Of a DNA stretch of 59,127 nucleotides, positions 27,311-38,364 are shown piece by piece. Origin of the DNA: an uncultured Candidatus Saccharibacteria bacterium (GTDB taxonomy: Bacteria > Patescibacteriota > Dojkabacteria > GCA-002793355); contig CAZGEO010000002.1 in the NCBI GenBank assembly GCA_964525295.1, positions 324,551 through 383,677 on the forward strand, in the 5' to 3' direction. Position numbers and translations under genes: made by a program. The notes below the pieces were generated by a model, which worked only from the letters and a program-made list of their open reading frames with translations, was not told the origin of the DNA and did no database searches. The first letter of the stretch is position 1; every line of letters begins with the position of its first letter.

Positions 27311-28378
27311 TTACTTTGAATTGATCATTAACTGAAATACAATTTTCTCAAGCTCAAGGAATGTTTTAATCGAGATTCTTTCATTATATCCATGGGCGTT
27401 TTCTACGCCATCTCCAAGACAAAAGCCTGTTATACCCAATGAATTAAAGAAACCTGCATCGCTTCCTGAAGTTGTTTTAATTTGCTTTAGTTTGTATCCT
27501 AATTCCTCATACACTTTAGAAAGCTCCCTGTATTCAAGTGTATCTGTATTTAGTGTATAACCGAGCGAATAAGGAGTCCATTTGATTTTGATGATACAAC
27601 CGCTTGAATCCTCAAGACGTTTACATATATCTATGATTTGTTGCTTAATCTTGTTAAAGCTATCGTTGTCAGTACTTCTCAAATCACCTGAAAATTCTAC
27701 TGTTCCTGGAACAGTATTTGTTGCAGAACCCCCAGAAATCAGTCCAACATTTAGGGTCGAGTTAGCGTCTGCTCTGCCTAATGGCATTTGTGTTAATATC
27801 GAAGCTGCTGTAATAAGCGCGTTATTTCCCTTTTCTGGACTACTCGCATGCGCAGGTTGACCAGTAACAGTAATAGCGAAATCAATAATATACGGAGCAG
27901 CTGTCACAACTTTTGCAAGATCGCCGTTTCCTGCATCGAAAATATATGCACGCTTTGCTTGAAGTAATCTAGTATCAAACTCAGAAATACCAGAATTAGT
28001 TTCTTCACGAACACTAAAAACAATCTCAAAATTTGCAGGAATCTTCTGTTCAATAACTTTGGAAGTGCTATGAAGAATTGCACTTACAGAAACTTTATTA
28101 TCTGCGCCAAGAATAGTATTGCCAGCTGAAGATAAGTATTCAGAATTTTCAATAACTTGAATATCTCTACCTGGTTCAACAGTATCGAGGTGGGCACAAA
28201 ATATAGCCTGTGACTGATTTTTGCCAACTTTACAGTAAATCATAAGGTTCTTATCTCTACGGGGTGTGAGCCCTAGATTTGTTAAATATTTCATAAGGAA
28301 GTCACTCATACCTTCTTCTTCGCCTGACGGTGAATCTATGGTTACCAATTGTTTGAATAGTTGTAATAGCTTTGTCAT
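27311..28378 (-). CDS. M20/M25/M40 metallopeptidase (peptidase T-like)
   Basis: CAHLDTV, LGADNK, REE, HAS..PEKG.NA, GSDA and HGYNE motifs. Confidence 0.9.
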   Translation of the reverse strand: MTKLLQLFKQLVTIDSPSGEEEGMSDFLMKYLTNLGLTPRRDKNLMIYCKVGKNQSQAIFCAHLDTVEPGRDIQVIENSEYLSSAGNTILGADNKVSVSAILHSTSKVIEQKIPANFEIVFSVREETNSGISEFDTRLLQAKRAYIFDAGNGDLAKVVTAAPYIIDFAITVTGQPAHASSPEKGNNALITAASILTQMPLGRADANSTLNVGLISGGSATNTVPGTVEFSGDLRSTDNDSFNKIKQQIIDICKRLEDSSGCIIKIKWTPYSLGYTLNTDTLEYRELSKVYEELGYKLKQIKTTSGSDAGFFNSLGITGFCLGDGVENAHGYNERISIKTFLELEKIVFQLMINSK

Positions 28379-28463
28379 GGCGAGATTATATGAAGATGTT
28401 CATGCATTGTGAAATAATTTCCAAGATGTTACAATTCGAATACAAATGTAACCACAGTAACAT

Positions 28464-29099
28464 ATGGAGAAAATATCACAAAAAGTAGAGAAGTACCTGA
28501 TGAATGATGAAGATGCTAAAACGGCGCTTCAGAATGGTGTTCTCAGTATTACAAAATACGCTAAAAAGATCCAGCCACTAATAGCTAAAGAATTATTAAA
28601 GCCCGTGCAGTTGAAATCAATTGTTGTAACACTACACAGACTCGAGAAAAGATTCCTTAAGCAAAATCATGAAACCGTAACGGTTAAATTATTAAGTATA
28701 ACCATTCATCCAAACTTAGCAGAACTCACTTATGAGCGAACTAGCGCAAACAGTGCACAAGTAAACAAGATGGTCTCAGAAACTGGTGCTACTTTTTTCG
28801 CGCAAACTAGCAGTATAAATGAGCTAACCATAATTTTTGACAATTCACTCCTCAGACAAATATTTACCTACTTCAATAAAATACAACCGTTATATGCTGA
28901 AGAGAATTTAGCAGGAATAACTGTTAAATTCAGTAATGAATACCTACAACAACCGATGCTTATCTACGAATTAGTAAAGAGACTATCACTCAACGGAGTG
29001 AATATTACCGAGGTTGTTTCAACTGCTACAGAATTGACCTTTGTAGTCAGTAGAGAATTAACAGAACAAACTGTGGCGCTTTTGAGCAAATTCCTTTAG
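28464..29099 (+). CDS. Protein with N-terminal helical region and C-terminal ACT-like repeats
   Basis: C-terminus GVNITEVVSTATELTFVV resembles aspartokinase-type ACT domains; no kinase domain. Confidence 0.65.
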   Translation: MEKISQKVEKYLMNDEDAKTALQNGVLSITKYAKKIQPLIAKELLKPVQLKSIVVTLHRLEKRFLKQNHETVTVKLLSITIHPNLAELTYERTSANSAQVNKMVSETGATFFAQTSSINELTIIFDNSLLRQIFTYFNKIQPLYAEENLAGITVKFSNEYLQQPMLIYELVKRLSLNGVNITEVVSTATELTFVVSRELTEQTVALLSKFL

Positions 29100-29162
29100 A
29101 CATCATCGAGAAAATTTTGTTGATGATATTGCATAGCTCACAAAATTATCGTATTCTGATAT

Positions 29163-29957
29163 ATGTTCGGTCGTAAAAGAATAGGTTTAGCACTCGGCAG
29201 CGGTGGCACTCGAGGTTTTGCACACATAGGAGTATTAAAAGTACTTCATAACGAAGGTATACCGATTGACGTAATAACGGGGAGCAGCGTTGGTTCGTTG
29301 GTAGGTGGAATTTATGCCGTAAATCAAGATCTCAAGGTATTGGAAGCCTTAGTTACTGATTTTCCCTATGTTGACATGTTGGGGGCACTTTTCGATCCAA
29401 CATTTGCCGAAGGGTTAACGAAAGGTGAGAAATTTACAAAACTACTTGCCAAGTACGTTGGTGACACGCTTATCGAAAATACAAAGATACCTTTTGCTGC
29501 TGTTGCCTCAAATAAAGTTACTGGCGAGGCTGTTTTGCTCGATTCTGGCAGTTTAGTTGAGGCGATGCGTGCGAGTTCTTCAATGCCAGTCATTTTTACT
29601 CCATTTAAAAAAGATGATTCAGAATTGCTTGACGGTGGAGTTTGTGAGCAAGTTCCAGTTAATGCGGCAAAAGCACTTGGTGCAGATAAAGTCATTGCGG
29701 TAAATTTGTCTGAAAAAATTCAAGCTGACTTTAAAAACGAATTATCTAAAATGCAACATTACTTGCTGTTGCTTTTCAAGACTATCGCTCGAGCCAATGT
29801 TGCTGATGCTGACATAATCTTATCTCCCTTTATTGCTAGCTCCAGTTGGATTGATAACGTTAAAAATCGTGTTGCTTTAGTTGAAGAAGGTGAGCGCTGT
29901 GCATTAGAAGTGCTTCCTGAAATTAAAAAACTTCAACGTTCAGGTTGGTTTTCTTGA
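29163..29957 (+). CDS. Patatin-like phospholipase
   Basis: GSGGTRG, nucleophile motif GSSVG and DGG. Confidence 0.93.
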   Translation: MFGRKRIGLALGSGGTRGFAHIGVLKVLHNEGIPIDVITGSSVGSLVGGIYAVNQDLKVLEALVTDFPYVDMLGALFDPTFAEGLTKGEKFTKLLAKYVGDTLIENTKIPFAAVASNKVTGEAVLLDSGSLVEAMRASSSMPVIFTPFKKDDSELLDGGVCEQVPVNAAKALGADKVIAVNLSEKIQADFKNELSKMQHYLLLLFKTIARANVADADIILSPFIASSSWIDNVKNRVALVEEGERCALEVLPEIKKLQRSGWFS

Positions 29958-29996
29958 GAATATAGCGGAAACGTGCTATAATTCATTATATTCCTG

Positions 29997-30854
29997 ATGA
30001 AAGTATTAGTATTAAACGCGCCAAAGAATTTGCAAGAAGTTGTTTCTCACCTTCCCAAGAACGTTACTCTTGTTTCTGCTGACTATGTTGACATTGAATT
30101 CGTAATTTCTCACAAAGAAATAACAATTTTGCATCGAGGGCAGGATATTCTTAATTATGATTATGTTTGGATTACCGCCTCGTGGAGTCGTCGAGATATT
30201 GCCTATGTTCTTTCGTTATATTTATCAAAGAATAACAGAAAACACAGTATAATCAGCGAAGGTCACGGCAACTCAAAGCTCGTAGATATGACCTTGTTCA
30301 CACTTTCTGGAATTAGGCAACCAAAAACCTATTACACACCAACCAGTGATTTAGACTTGAATAGAATTATTGAAGTATGTGGCTTACCTGTAGTTGGCAA
30401 AAGTATTACAGGCACAAGAGGTCGTAACAGTTTTTTGGCCAGAACGAAAGAAGAATTGCAGAAATTTTTGAAGGCAAGCAAGAAACGTTCAAATCTCTTC
30501 TTTCAAGAGTACATTGAAAATGATTATGACTGGGGTGTTATTGTTGCAAACTTGCAGGTTGTCTCAGGTGAACGTAGTTATCGAACTAAAGCATCTACCA
30601 CGTTTATGAATCATTCATTTTCTGGTGCGATTGAACAATTCTCTGAAGTTGAAATGATCCCAGAAGAAATTGCTAATATTGCAAGAGATGGACATAAAGC
30701 GCTTGATTTAGATTGGGGAAGAGCAGATATTGTTGTAAGTAAGAAGAACGACAAAGCATATTTACTTGAGGTTAATCGCTCACCTCGCATGACTTCTGAT
30801 TCAAGCGAGGTTTCTGCTTATGCAACGTACCTAGCGTCGGTACTCGACTTATAG
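29997..30854 (+). CDS. RimK-like ATP-grasp ligase
   Basis: QPKT, PVVGK...GTRG, FQEYI, GRADI and LLEVN motifs. Confidence 0.82.
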   Translation: MKVLVLNAPKNLQEVVSHLPKNVTLVSADYVDIEFVISHKEITILHRGQDILNYDYVWITASWSRRDIAYVLSLYLSKNNRKHSIISEGHGNSKLVDMTLFTLSGIRQPKTYYTPTSDLDLNRIIEVCGLPVVGKSITGTRGRNSFLARTKEELQKFLKASKKRSNLFFQEYIENDYDWGVIVANLQVVSGERSYRTKASTTFMNHSFSGAIEQFSEVEMIPEEIANIARDGHKALDLDWGRADIVVSKKNDKAYLLEVNRSPRMTSDSSEVSAYATYLASVLDL

Positions 30855-30870
30855 TGTGATAAAATACTCA

Positions 30871-31323
30871 ATGCTTGAACTTATAACACGAATTGTACGA
30901 ACATTATTGTCTGGGCGTGGGTTACTTTTACTTTTTAGCGTCTTGTTTAGTTGGCTAATTATTACTCTGTTGCGCTCAAATATTACTGAGGTCTATGAAA
31001 ATTTGCCCGCGACGCAATCTGCACTCGTAATTATTCTTGCTCTTGTTCCAGCTGCAAGTTTTACAATTGAATTATTGTACGAAATTTTCTATCGACGAAA
31101 CTCTGAATTACCAAACCTAATAACTTTGCTTTATTCTTTTGCTACAATCATTCTGACCTATTCATTTATTTCATTCTTGGGTATTGTAAGTAGCGAAATC
31201 TATATTATTGCACTAGTTCTTATTTTGCCATTGCTTTCGGTTAGCTTCTATAAAGTGCTTATGGTACTGATGGAAGTCTTTTATAGAATGCGTAGAATTG
31301 TTATTGGTACTGATTCTTTGTAG
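30871..31323 (+). CDS. Membrane protein, function unknown
   Basis: Four TM segments. Start moved to ATG 30871, after TGATAAAAT. Confidence 0.7.
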   Translation: MLELITRIVRTLLSGRGLLLLFSVLFSWLIITLLRSNITEVYENLPATQSALVIILALVPAASFTIELLYEIFYRRNSELPNLITLLYSFATIILTYSFISFLGIVSSEIYIIALVLILPLLSVSFYKVLMVLMEVFYRMRRIVIGTDSL

Positions 31324-31324
31324 A

Positions 31325-33700
31325 TTACATTCCCTTTCGTGGCAATAATACAGTAAAGGTAGTTCCTTTATTTTCAGTTGAAACAAATGATATTCTTCCT
31401 GAAACAGAATCAATAATCAGTTTAACAAGATATAAGCCTAGTCCAGTACCATCAGTTGCTGTTGCACGAGCATTATCTGCTCTAAAGAGTTTATCAAAAA
31501 CGTGTTGTTGTTGTTCTTTTGGAATTCCAATACCACTATCTTTAACGGTGAATCTGATGTCAGATTTTGTGTATGACAAAGATATCGCAATTGAACCTTT
31601 ATCAGGAGTATACTTCACAGCATTTGAAATGATGTTTTGCATAATAATGGTCACTAGCCTTTCGTCACCTTGATAAATTGGGAAATTATCTTCTACTTTG
31701 ACTTCAAGTTTCAACTTCTTCGTGCCTATTTCGTTTTTGAGTAAGCTCACTACCTGCTTTAATTCATCTGGAAGATATAGCTTTGTGATATTCTTTGCAA
31801 ATATTCCTAGTTCGAAGTGAGATGTATCTAATAAGGCATTAACAAGCGCAATCATTCTTTTATTTCCTTTAGTAATTCCAGCGATTAATTCCTTTTGCTT
31901 GTCGGTTAATCCTTTATTACCTTCTGCAGAATTTAATAATTCAGCATTCCAACCAATTGACGTCAGCGGTGTTCTCAATTGATGTGAAGCAAGTGATACG
32001 AATTCAGTCTTTGCCCTGTCTACAGCCCTTTCTTGAGTAACATCTCTGAAAACGATGACACAGCCAATAATTTCGCCATTATCATCGGTAAGTGGTGCTG
32101 CTGAATCTGCAACTGGAATACGTGAACCATCTTTTGTAATTAATACTGTATGATTAGACATTTCTTGAACTTTTTTAGTAAGAAATGCACGTTGAATGAA
32201 TTCCTCGTTGGTTTGAGTTAAATCATTTTCGTAAACGAATCGAAGCGTTTCTTTGTAATTCTTTCCAATAACTTCATTTTTTGTATAGCCAATCAGCTCA
32301 AGAGCAACGGGATTAATCATGGTAACAAGTTGATTTTGATCAATCACAAATACGCCATCTCCAATACTTTCGAGAATTGCTTCTACTTTATCTCTTTCTG
32401 AGCGGTACTTCTCTTGTTTCTCGACTGCAATTTGTTCTTTCTCTTTTAATGACAACAGTGTTTTCTTGATCTTATTCGCCATGTACGTAAAAGTATTTGC
32501 GAGTTGACCAATTTCATTACTTGATGAGGTCGGTGGTTTAGCATCAAGATCACCATCACCATATCGCTTTGCAACGTTGTTCAATTCTATTAACGGAGCA
32601 GTAATCCTGCGAGCAAGTACTAAACCAAGAAGTACTGATAGTAGCGCTACAAAAAAGATGAGGCTACCAAATATAACTCTTGTAGTATTGATCGTTCCAA
32701 TAAAGTCATCAATGGGTGAAATTGTTAATAAATACCATTTTAAATCATAATCATCGGTATACATTGATGCGGTAACAAGATGCGTTTTCCCCTCATAAAC
32801 GAAACGGTCTTCGACCGAGGACGCCATGGGGAGTACCAATTCTCCTTTTTCATTGCCAATTTGCTTAATTGCTGCTCGATATATTGGGTCAGTCGATTCT
32901 TCTAATTCCATACGCGTTAATTCATCACCCTCGCGTAAGTAAGGTTCAGCAATGGCAGTTCCAACAACGATTTTTCCGCTATCGTCAAGAATGACAACTT
33001 TACTGTTAGTTGTTGGCTTTGCTTCAATTAAGAAATCGCGCAATTCTGTTATTCGAATAGAACTATCCAAAACGCCAATAAGTTCATTGTTGTGATACAT
33101 CGGGTAAACCGCATCAAGCCCAATGTCACCGTTTGGCCAAACGTATACATCTGTCCAGGTTGGGCGTTTGGCCTCTACCGCACGTTTATACCAAGACATT
33201 TCTCGTGAGTCATAATTTGGTATTTCGTAAACTTTTTCTTTTAATCGGCCAGTTTCATCAGAAGCATAAAGTTCTAGGGTATTTTTTGTTTCAGGTGAGG
33301 CAAAACCGATTGCATAGGGTACACCCATTATGTTTCGAACTGGCCCGACATAATTCAATTTCTCATCGGCGTATTCAATTGAAATAACATTGGTGTTAAA
33401 CTTCAGGTCGGTAAATAATTGCCCCGCAAGATGATCACGTAAACTTAGCTCTTCAAGGTGATTTGAAATAATATCATCAGCATTCATTCTGTTTAATTGC
33501 TGAGGAACTTTCATATACACAGCAATTTTCTCAATGACACGAGAACTGGATTGTCGAAATAATTGGCTTGATAACTCATTAATAACATTTTGAGTATTCA
33601 AATATGCAATTAACCCAATCATTGAGCCGGTAAAGATAGTTATGAATACGATATTTGATGCGTAAGTAGCTGCAATAGAAATGTGAAATCTTGGTCGCAT
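31325..33700 (-). CDS. Membrane sensor histidine kinase (Cache, HAMP, PAS, HisKA, HATPase)
   Basis: TM-Cache-TM architecture, HAMP (NEIGQLA.TF..M), PAS, ASHQLRTPL, NIISNAVKY, DSGIGI and GTGLGL. Confidence 0.93.
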   Translation of the reverse strand: MRPRFHISIAATYASNIVFITIFTGSMIGLIAYLNTQNVINELSSQLFRQSSSRVIEKIAVYMKVPQQLNRMNADDIISNHLEELSLRDHLAGQLFTDLKFNTNVISIEYADEKLNYVGPVRNIMGVPYAIGFASPETKNTLELYASDETGRLKEKVYEIPNYDSREMSWYKRAVEAKRPTWTDVYVWPNGDIGLDAVYPMYHNNELIGVLDSSIRITELRDFLIEAKPTTNSKVVILDDSGKIVVGTAIAEPYLREGDELTRMELEESTDPIYRAAIKQIGNEKGELVLPMASSVEDRFVYEGKTHLVTASMYTDDYDLKWYLLTISPIDDFIGTINTTRVIFGSLIFFVALLSVLLGLVLARRITAPLIELNNVAKRYGDGDLDAKPPTSSSNEIGQLANTFTYMANKIKKTLLSLKEKEQIAVEKQEKYRSERDKVEAILESIGDGVFVIDQNQLVTMINPVALELIGYTKNEVIGKNYKETLRFVYENDLTQTNEEFIQRAFLTKKVQEMSNHTVLITKDGSRIPVADSAAPLTDDNGEIIGCVIVFRDVTQERAVDRAKTEFVSLASHQLRTPLTSIGWNAELLNSAEGNKGLTDKQKELIAGITKGNKRMIALVNALLDTSHFELGIFAKNITKLYLPDELKQVVSLLKNEIGTKKLKLEVKVEDNFPIYQGDERLVTIIMQNIISNAVKYTPDKGSIAISLSYTKSDIRFTVKDSGIGIPKEQQQHVFDKLFRADNARATATDGTGLGLYLVKLIIDSVSGRISFVSTENKGTTFTVLLPRKGM

Positions 33701-33724
33701 GAAGCAAAGATTAATTTATTTTGC

Positions 33725-34099
33725 TCATCTCAGATATTTCGCAACAACATCATCAATTTTATGAACATGAATATCTGTTTTCAAAATGTATTCTTGAACT
33801 GGTAGGCCGACAAGATTCGGAGCACTCGCAGATTGATCGTAGTTAGTCAATATAATTACAGGAACATTCTGCGTACAAGGATTCTTTCTGATAAATTTTA
33901 GCAATTCAAAGCCATCCATTACAGGCATCAATAGGTCAAGTAAGACAAGATCGGGGCATTGTTTCTTAATGAAATCGAGCGCAATTTCACCATTTGATGC
34001 AACCTGAACCTGATAATTATGACCTTCAAGAGAAAGTGCAATAACTCTTGAGAGATCTGGGTCATCTTCAACTACTAATATTGTTTTTTGAATTGCCAT
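33725..34099 (-). CDS. Single-domain response regulator
   Basis: ILVVEDD, LVLLDLLMPVMDG and ILTN motifs. Confidence 0.93.
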   Translation of the reverse strand: MAIQKTILVVEDDPDLSRVIALSLEGHNYQVQVASNGEIALDFIKKQCPDLVLLDLLMPVMDGFELLKFIRKNPCTQNVPVIILTNYDQSASAPNLVGLPVQEYILKTDIHVHKIDDVVAKYLR

Positions 34100-34208
34100 T
34101 AATTTATACTAGCACTCAGGTGAAACCTGTCAACTGGTATATAGTTTAACAGCGACAATCTGCTCGGATTTTGGTTACTTTTCTACAGAAAAGAGTTATA
34201 ATTCGCTT

Positions 34209-36458
34209 ATGCATAAAAAGTTTACGAGTAAGCAGTACAAGTCGTTACGGCTTAATCGTAGCAGAAGAAAAATTGCTGTGAAAGTTGTTGAACAACAAAA
34301 GAAGTCATCTTATCGCAAAATTGTTAGTAAATCGAATATTAGCTTACCTATTGTACAAAAAGAAAAAATCTCAATCGCAGCTCGTACATTCAAGCGGATT
34401 ACAGTAAATTCGACTAGACATAGAACTAAAGGATTTTCAGTTCTATTTGCGTTTGTATCGTTTGTTATTTCAACAGTATTTATTGTTACTACAACACTCG
34501 GATTATTCTTTATTAGTTATGTGCAAGAACTAGACAAATCGTTACCAGATATTGAACAAGTATTATCAGAAAATCTTGCAGAAAGTACCCGAATTTATGA
34601 CAGAAAAGATAGGTTGTTATATACCATTTATGATGACGAAAATCGCGAATACATTAAGTTAGAACGTGTGCCAGAACACACGAAATGGGCGTTACTTGCA
34701 GCTGAAGATATTGATTTTTATTCACACGGAGGAATTGATGTACAAAATATTCTTGTTGCGCTCGTTGATTTCATTAACGGAAAGGATTTACGAGGTGCAA
34801 GCACAATAACCCAACAGTTATCCAGAAATGTGGTACTTAAACGGGTAGTTGGTATTGACGATGCCTATGATAGATCTCTAAAAAGAAAGCTGCTAGAAAT
34901 TATTACAGCAATACGAATCGAAGAAAAGTTAAGCAAGGAAGAAATATTAGAGTTGCAAATGAATGAAGTTTTTCTTGGTGGCACTTCATTCGGGTTTCAA
35001 ACAGCTGCAAAATCATATTTCAATAAATCGGTTGAACAATTAACTCTTGCAGAGAGTGCATTTTTGGCTGGTATCGTGCAATCACCAACATATTATCTTA
35101 ATGAAATAAAGAATGGGAACAAAGAAGTTGTAGTAAAAAGACGTAACGATATCTTGGATCTTATGTTACGTTACTCTGACAAAACAAAAGTTACAGCTGA
35201 TGACGTGGCTAACGCAAAAGTTGAGGAACTTACTTTTAAGGAAGGTAAGATTGATCTTGTTGCTCCACATTTTGTATTTTATGTAGTTGAACAACTTGAA
35301 AAAATTTATGGTATCGATATGGTTCGATCTGGTGGGTTAAGAGTTAAAACAACGCTTGATTTAGATACTCAAGCTGCGGTTGAAACACGACTCAAAGAAG
35401 GTATTTCGCGCTTTAGTGGATGGTACGGAGTGCATAATGGAGCAGCCGTTGTTATTGATCCAAAAAATGGTGAAGTGTTATCAATGGTTGGATCAGTTGA
35501 CTACAACAATACGTGGGATAAACGTGTTGATGGCAATGTGAATGTGGCAGTTATGCCTCGTCAAATGGGGTCCTCAGTAAAGCCTTATACTTATGCACTT
35601 GCTTTTAGGCTTGGATATACTCCAGGATCACCTGTTCTCGATTCACCCGCAAAGTATGGAAACTACCGCCCACAAAATTGGGATAACAAATTTTATGGCA
35701 CAATGAGCATCCGTACTGCTTTGAATAAATCTAGAAATGTACCGGCAGTCTGGTTACTTAATAGAATTGGTGGCCCGCAAGCTTTTATTAATGAAGCTGA
35801 ACGATTAGGTATAACAACATTAACGAACAAGGCTGATTATGGACTAAGTATCACACTCGGTGCAGGAGAAATGAAATTACTCGAACATACTAACGCATTT
35901 GGTGCTTTCGCAAACAGTGGAACAAAATACGATCCTGCGGTAATACTCGAAATTACTGACAGTAGAGGAAAAAACTTGTTCAAGCTTGATGCGAATAAAT
36001 CTGCTAAAACAGTTTATACGCCACAAGAAGCATATCTAATGAATTGGGTTTTGTGCCAAATGGGTGGGCGACTAGATAAATCTTCTGCTGCAATGTATCG
36101 CGCACAAGGGCAAGTGATTTGCGGCAAAACTGGCACGACAACTGGTCCAAAAGATTTGGTTATGATTGGATATTATCCAAAACTAATCGTAGGTGTTTGG
36201 ACAGGAAATAACAACGGAGCGTTAACCTTTGGAAGTAGAGGACAAGGCTGGAGCGAAAACGTGCCAATTGTTATAGTTCGCAATATTATGAATGATTTAG
36301 TTCCACGATATGGATGGGAATTCTACTCACAACCAGCCGATATATCTACGGGGTACATATGTCAATCTAATGGGAGATTGGCCAAGAAAGACGATACTTG
36401 TCCGAAAGAGTTGACCGTTTATATTAATTCGCGAAAGAACAGTATTCCCAAAAAATAA
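34209..36458 (+). CDS. Class A penicillin-binding protein (transglycosylase/transpeptidase)
   Basis: AEDIDFYSH, GASTITQQ, RKLLE, SxxK (SSVK), SxN (SRN) and KTG motifs. Confidence 0.95.
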   Translation: MHKKFTSKQYKSLRLNRSRRKIAVKVVEQQKKSSYRKIVSKSNISLPIVQKEKISIAARTFKRITVNSTRHRTKGFSVLFAFVSFVISTVFIVTTTLGLFFISYVQELDKSLPDIEQVLSENLAESTRIYDRKDRLLYTIYDDENREYIKLERVPEHTKWALLAAEDIDFYSHGGIDVQNILVALVDFINGKDLRGASTITQQLSRNVVLKRVVGIDDAYDRSLKRKLLEIITAIRIEEKLSKEEILELQMNEVFLGGTSFGFQTAAKSYFNKSVEQLTLAESAFLAGIVQSPTYYLNEIKNGNKEVVVKRRNDILDLMLRYSDKTKVTADDVANAKVEELTFKEGKIDLVAPHFVFYVVEQLEKIYGIDMVRSGGLRVKTTLDLDTQAAVETRLKEGISRFSGWYGVHNGAAVVIDPKNGEVLSMVGSVDYNNTWDKRVDGNVNVAVMPRQMGSSVKPYTYALAFRLGYTPGSPVLDSPAKYGNYRPQNWDNKFYGTMSIRTALNKSRNVPAVWLLNRIGGPQAFINEAERLGITTLTNKADYGLSITLGAGEMKLLEHTNAFGAFANSGTKYDPAVILEITDSRGKNLFKLDANKSAKTVYTPQEAYLMNWVLCQMGGRLDKSSAAMYRAQGQVICGKTGTTTGPKDLVMIGYYPKLIVGVWTGNNNGALTFGSRGQGWSENVPIVIVRNIMNDLVPRYGWEFYSQPADISTGYICQSNGRLAKKDDTCPKELTVYINSRKNSIPKK

Positions 36459-36496
36459 TTCATACAGATTTCATTTAGGTTTAGCTATACTACAAC

Positions 36497-37162
36497 ATGA
36501 GAGTTTTAATTATTGAAGACGAGGAATCAATCGCAAAGCCTTTAAAAAAAGGTCTAGAACATAGAAATTTTGCAGTTGATGTTCAATTCGATGGTGAAAC
36601 CGGATTGCGTGAAGCAAAAATCAACGAATATGATTGTATAATCTTAGACTTAAATCTTCCTGGTATTGATGGAATTACCGTAGCGCAGGAATTAAGAAAA
36701 ACTGGCAATTCAACTCCAATACTTATGTTAACAGCACGAAATTTGAAAAAAAGTTTGTATGAAGGATTTGAAAGTGGTGCAAACGACTACCTCACGAAAC
36801 CGTTTGATTTTTCTGAATTAGTCTATCGTGTGAACGCGTTGATTCGCTCAAATTCGAAAAATTCCGTAGTTGATAAGATCTTACAAATTGCCGATATTGT
36901 CATCGATACAGCTGCCATCAAAGTTACTAAAGGTGAAGAGCCAGTAATTCTCAATAAAAAAGAGTATGGAATCCTTGAATATCTTTTCAGAAAACAAGGT
37001 ACCATGGTTACTCAAGAGGAACTGCTCGAACATGTTTGGGATTCGAGCATCGATTCATTCTCTCAAACGGTTAGAACCAACATGAAAACACTAAGAAAAA
37101 AAATAGATCCTGAAAAGAAATTAATTAAAACTGTTAAAGGTTATGGTTACCTTGTTGAATAA
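36497..37162 (+). CDS. OmpR/PhoB-family response regulator
   Basis: Receiver domain (LIIEDE, LDLNLP, YLTKPF) plus winged HTH ending TVKGYGY. Confidence 0.95.
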   Translation: MRVLIIEDEESIAKPLKKGLEHRNFAVDVQFDGETGLREAKINEYDCIILDLNLPGIDGITVAQELRKTGNSTPILMLTARNLKKSLYEGFESGANDYLTKPFDFSELVYRVNALIRSNSKNSVVDKILQIADIVIDTAAIKVTKGEEPVILNKKEYGILEYLFRKQGTMVTQEELLEHVWDSSIDSFSQTVRTNMKTLRKKIDPEKKLIKTVKGYGYLVE

Positions 37163-38339
37163 AACTCAAACAGTAAATTCGCTACCTTTTTACAAAACAA
37201 TTAGATTTAAACTTACTTTGTTGTACTCATCAATTTTGTTTCTTTTTAGTGCGACATTAGTTTTTGTTTTTAATGTGTATCTTAATCAATATTTTAATAA
37301 GGAACCAACCGAAAAAATTCGAAATGAATTTATATTTCTATTACCTCCACAACCATTTATTGAAAACTTCCAATCATTAAGAATAGAAGAACGTAAAAGG
37401 ATAATCGATCTGCGTCGTCAAGATTTGGCAAGAATTCAACTCATCAGCATTTATTCACTAATTCCTTTAGCAGTTGGAAGTTTTGCTTTAGGATATTACG
37501 TTTCAGGAAGCTTTTTAAGTCCACTTGGAAAGTTGCGAAATGAAATTGAAGCATTGGAACAAAAAGATTTAGGAAAGACATTGTCTACTGGATCTGATGA
37601 TGAAATTGGTGCACTGGTAAACAGCTTCAACAGCCTATCTTCGCGACTAGAGACAGCATTCAAATCTCAAGAACAATTCGTGCAAGATGCTTCTCACGAA
37701 TTGCGAACACCAATGACAATTATTCAAACGAATTTAGATACAATTTTAGACGATAAAAATGCAACAAAAGAAGAAATTCAAGATGGCATCAGAGATGCAT
37801 TAGTCGGTGTTAAGCAATTAAACAAACTAATATCGTACTTATTAGATCTCACGAATACTTCTGCAACTAATTTTACTGAGATCAATGTACAAACAATAGT
37901 TAATCAGCAAATTACAACATTAAAGGAATTAGCGCTACACAACAAGATAATTTTCGAACAAGAGAAATTGCCTGAAAGTCTTACGACTATAAAAGGAGAC
38001 GAAGTAATGATAGGTAGGGTAATTTTTAATTTACTTGAGAATGCTTGTAAATATTCATCAGGAGATACTGAGAAAACAGTAAAGATTTCATATCAAAAAG
38101 ACGACTCAATGCTGCAAGTTAAAATATCAAACCCTGGCATTGAATTGAGCAAGGAACAATGCATTAAGATTTTTGAGCGTTTTTATCAAATTGAACAATC
38201 ACGAAACAAAAAAGTTGGTGGCTATGGACTTGGCCTAGCTATAGCAAAGAAAATAATGCAAGAACATAATGGCGATATATTCGCAAGTAGCGAAAAAGGA
38301 ATAAATACTTTTACCTTGATATTTCCATTTAGTGATTAG
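37143..38339 (+). CDS. HAMP-domain sensor histidine kinase
   Basis: Two TMs, DEIG.L, DASHELRTP, NLLENA.KY and GYGLGLAI. Confidence 0.93.
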   Translation: MVTLLNKTQTVNSLPFYKTIRFKLTLLYSSILFLFSATLVFVFNVYLNQYFNKEPTEKIRNEFIFLLPPQPFIENFQSLRIEERKRIIDLRRQDLARIQLISIYSLIPLAVGSFALGYYVSGSFLSPLGKLRNEIEALEQKDLGKTLSTGSDDEIGALVNSFNSLSSRLETAFKSQEQFVQDASHELRTPMTIIQTNLDTILDDKNATKEEIQDGIRDALVGVKQLNKLISYLLDLTNTSATNFTEINVQTIVNQQITTLKELALHNKIIFEQEKLPESLTTIKGDEVMIGRVIFNLLENACKYSSGDTEKTVKISYQKDDSMLQVKISNPGIELSKEQCIKIFERFYQIEQSRNKKVGGYGLGLAIAKKIMQEHNGDIFASSEKGINTFTLIFPFSD

Positions 38340-38364
38340 CATTTGTTACGGTGTAGAATATATT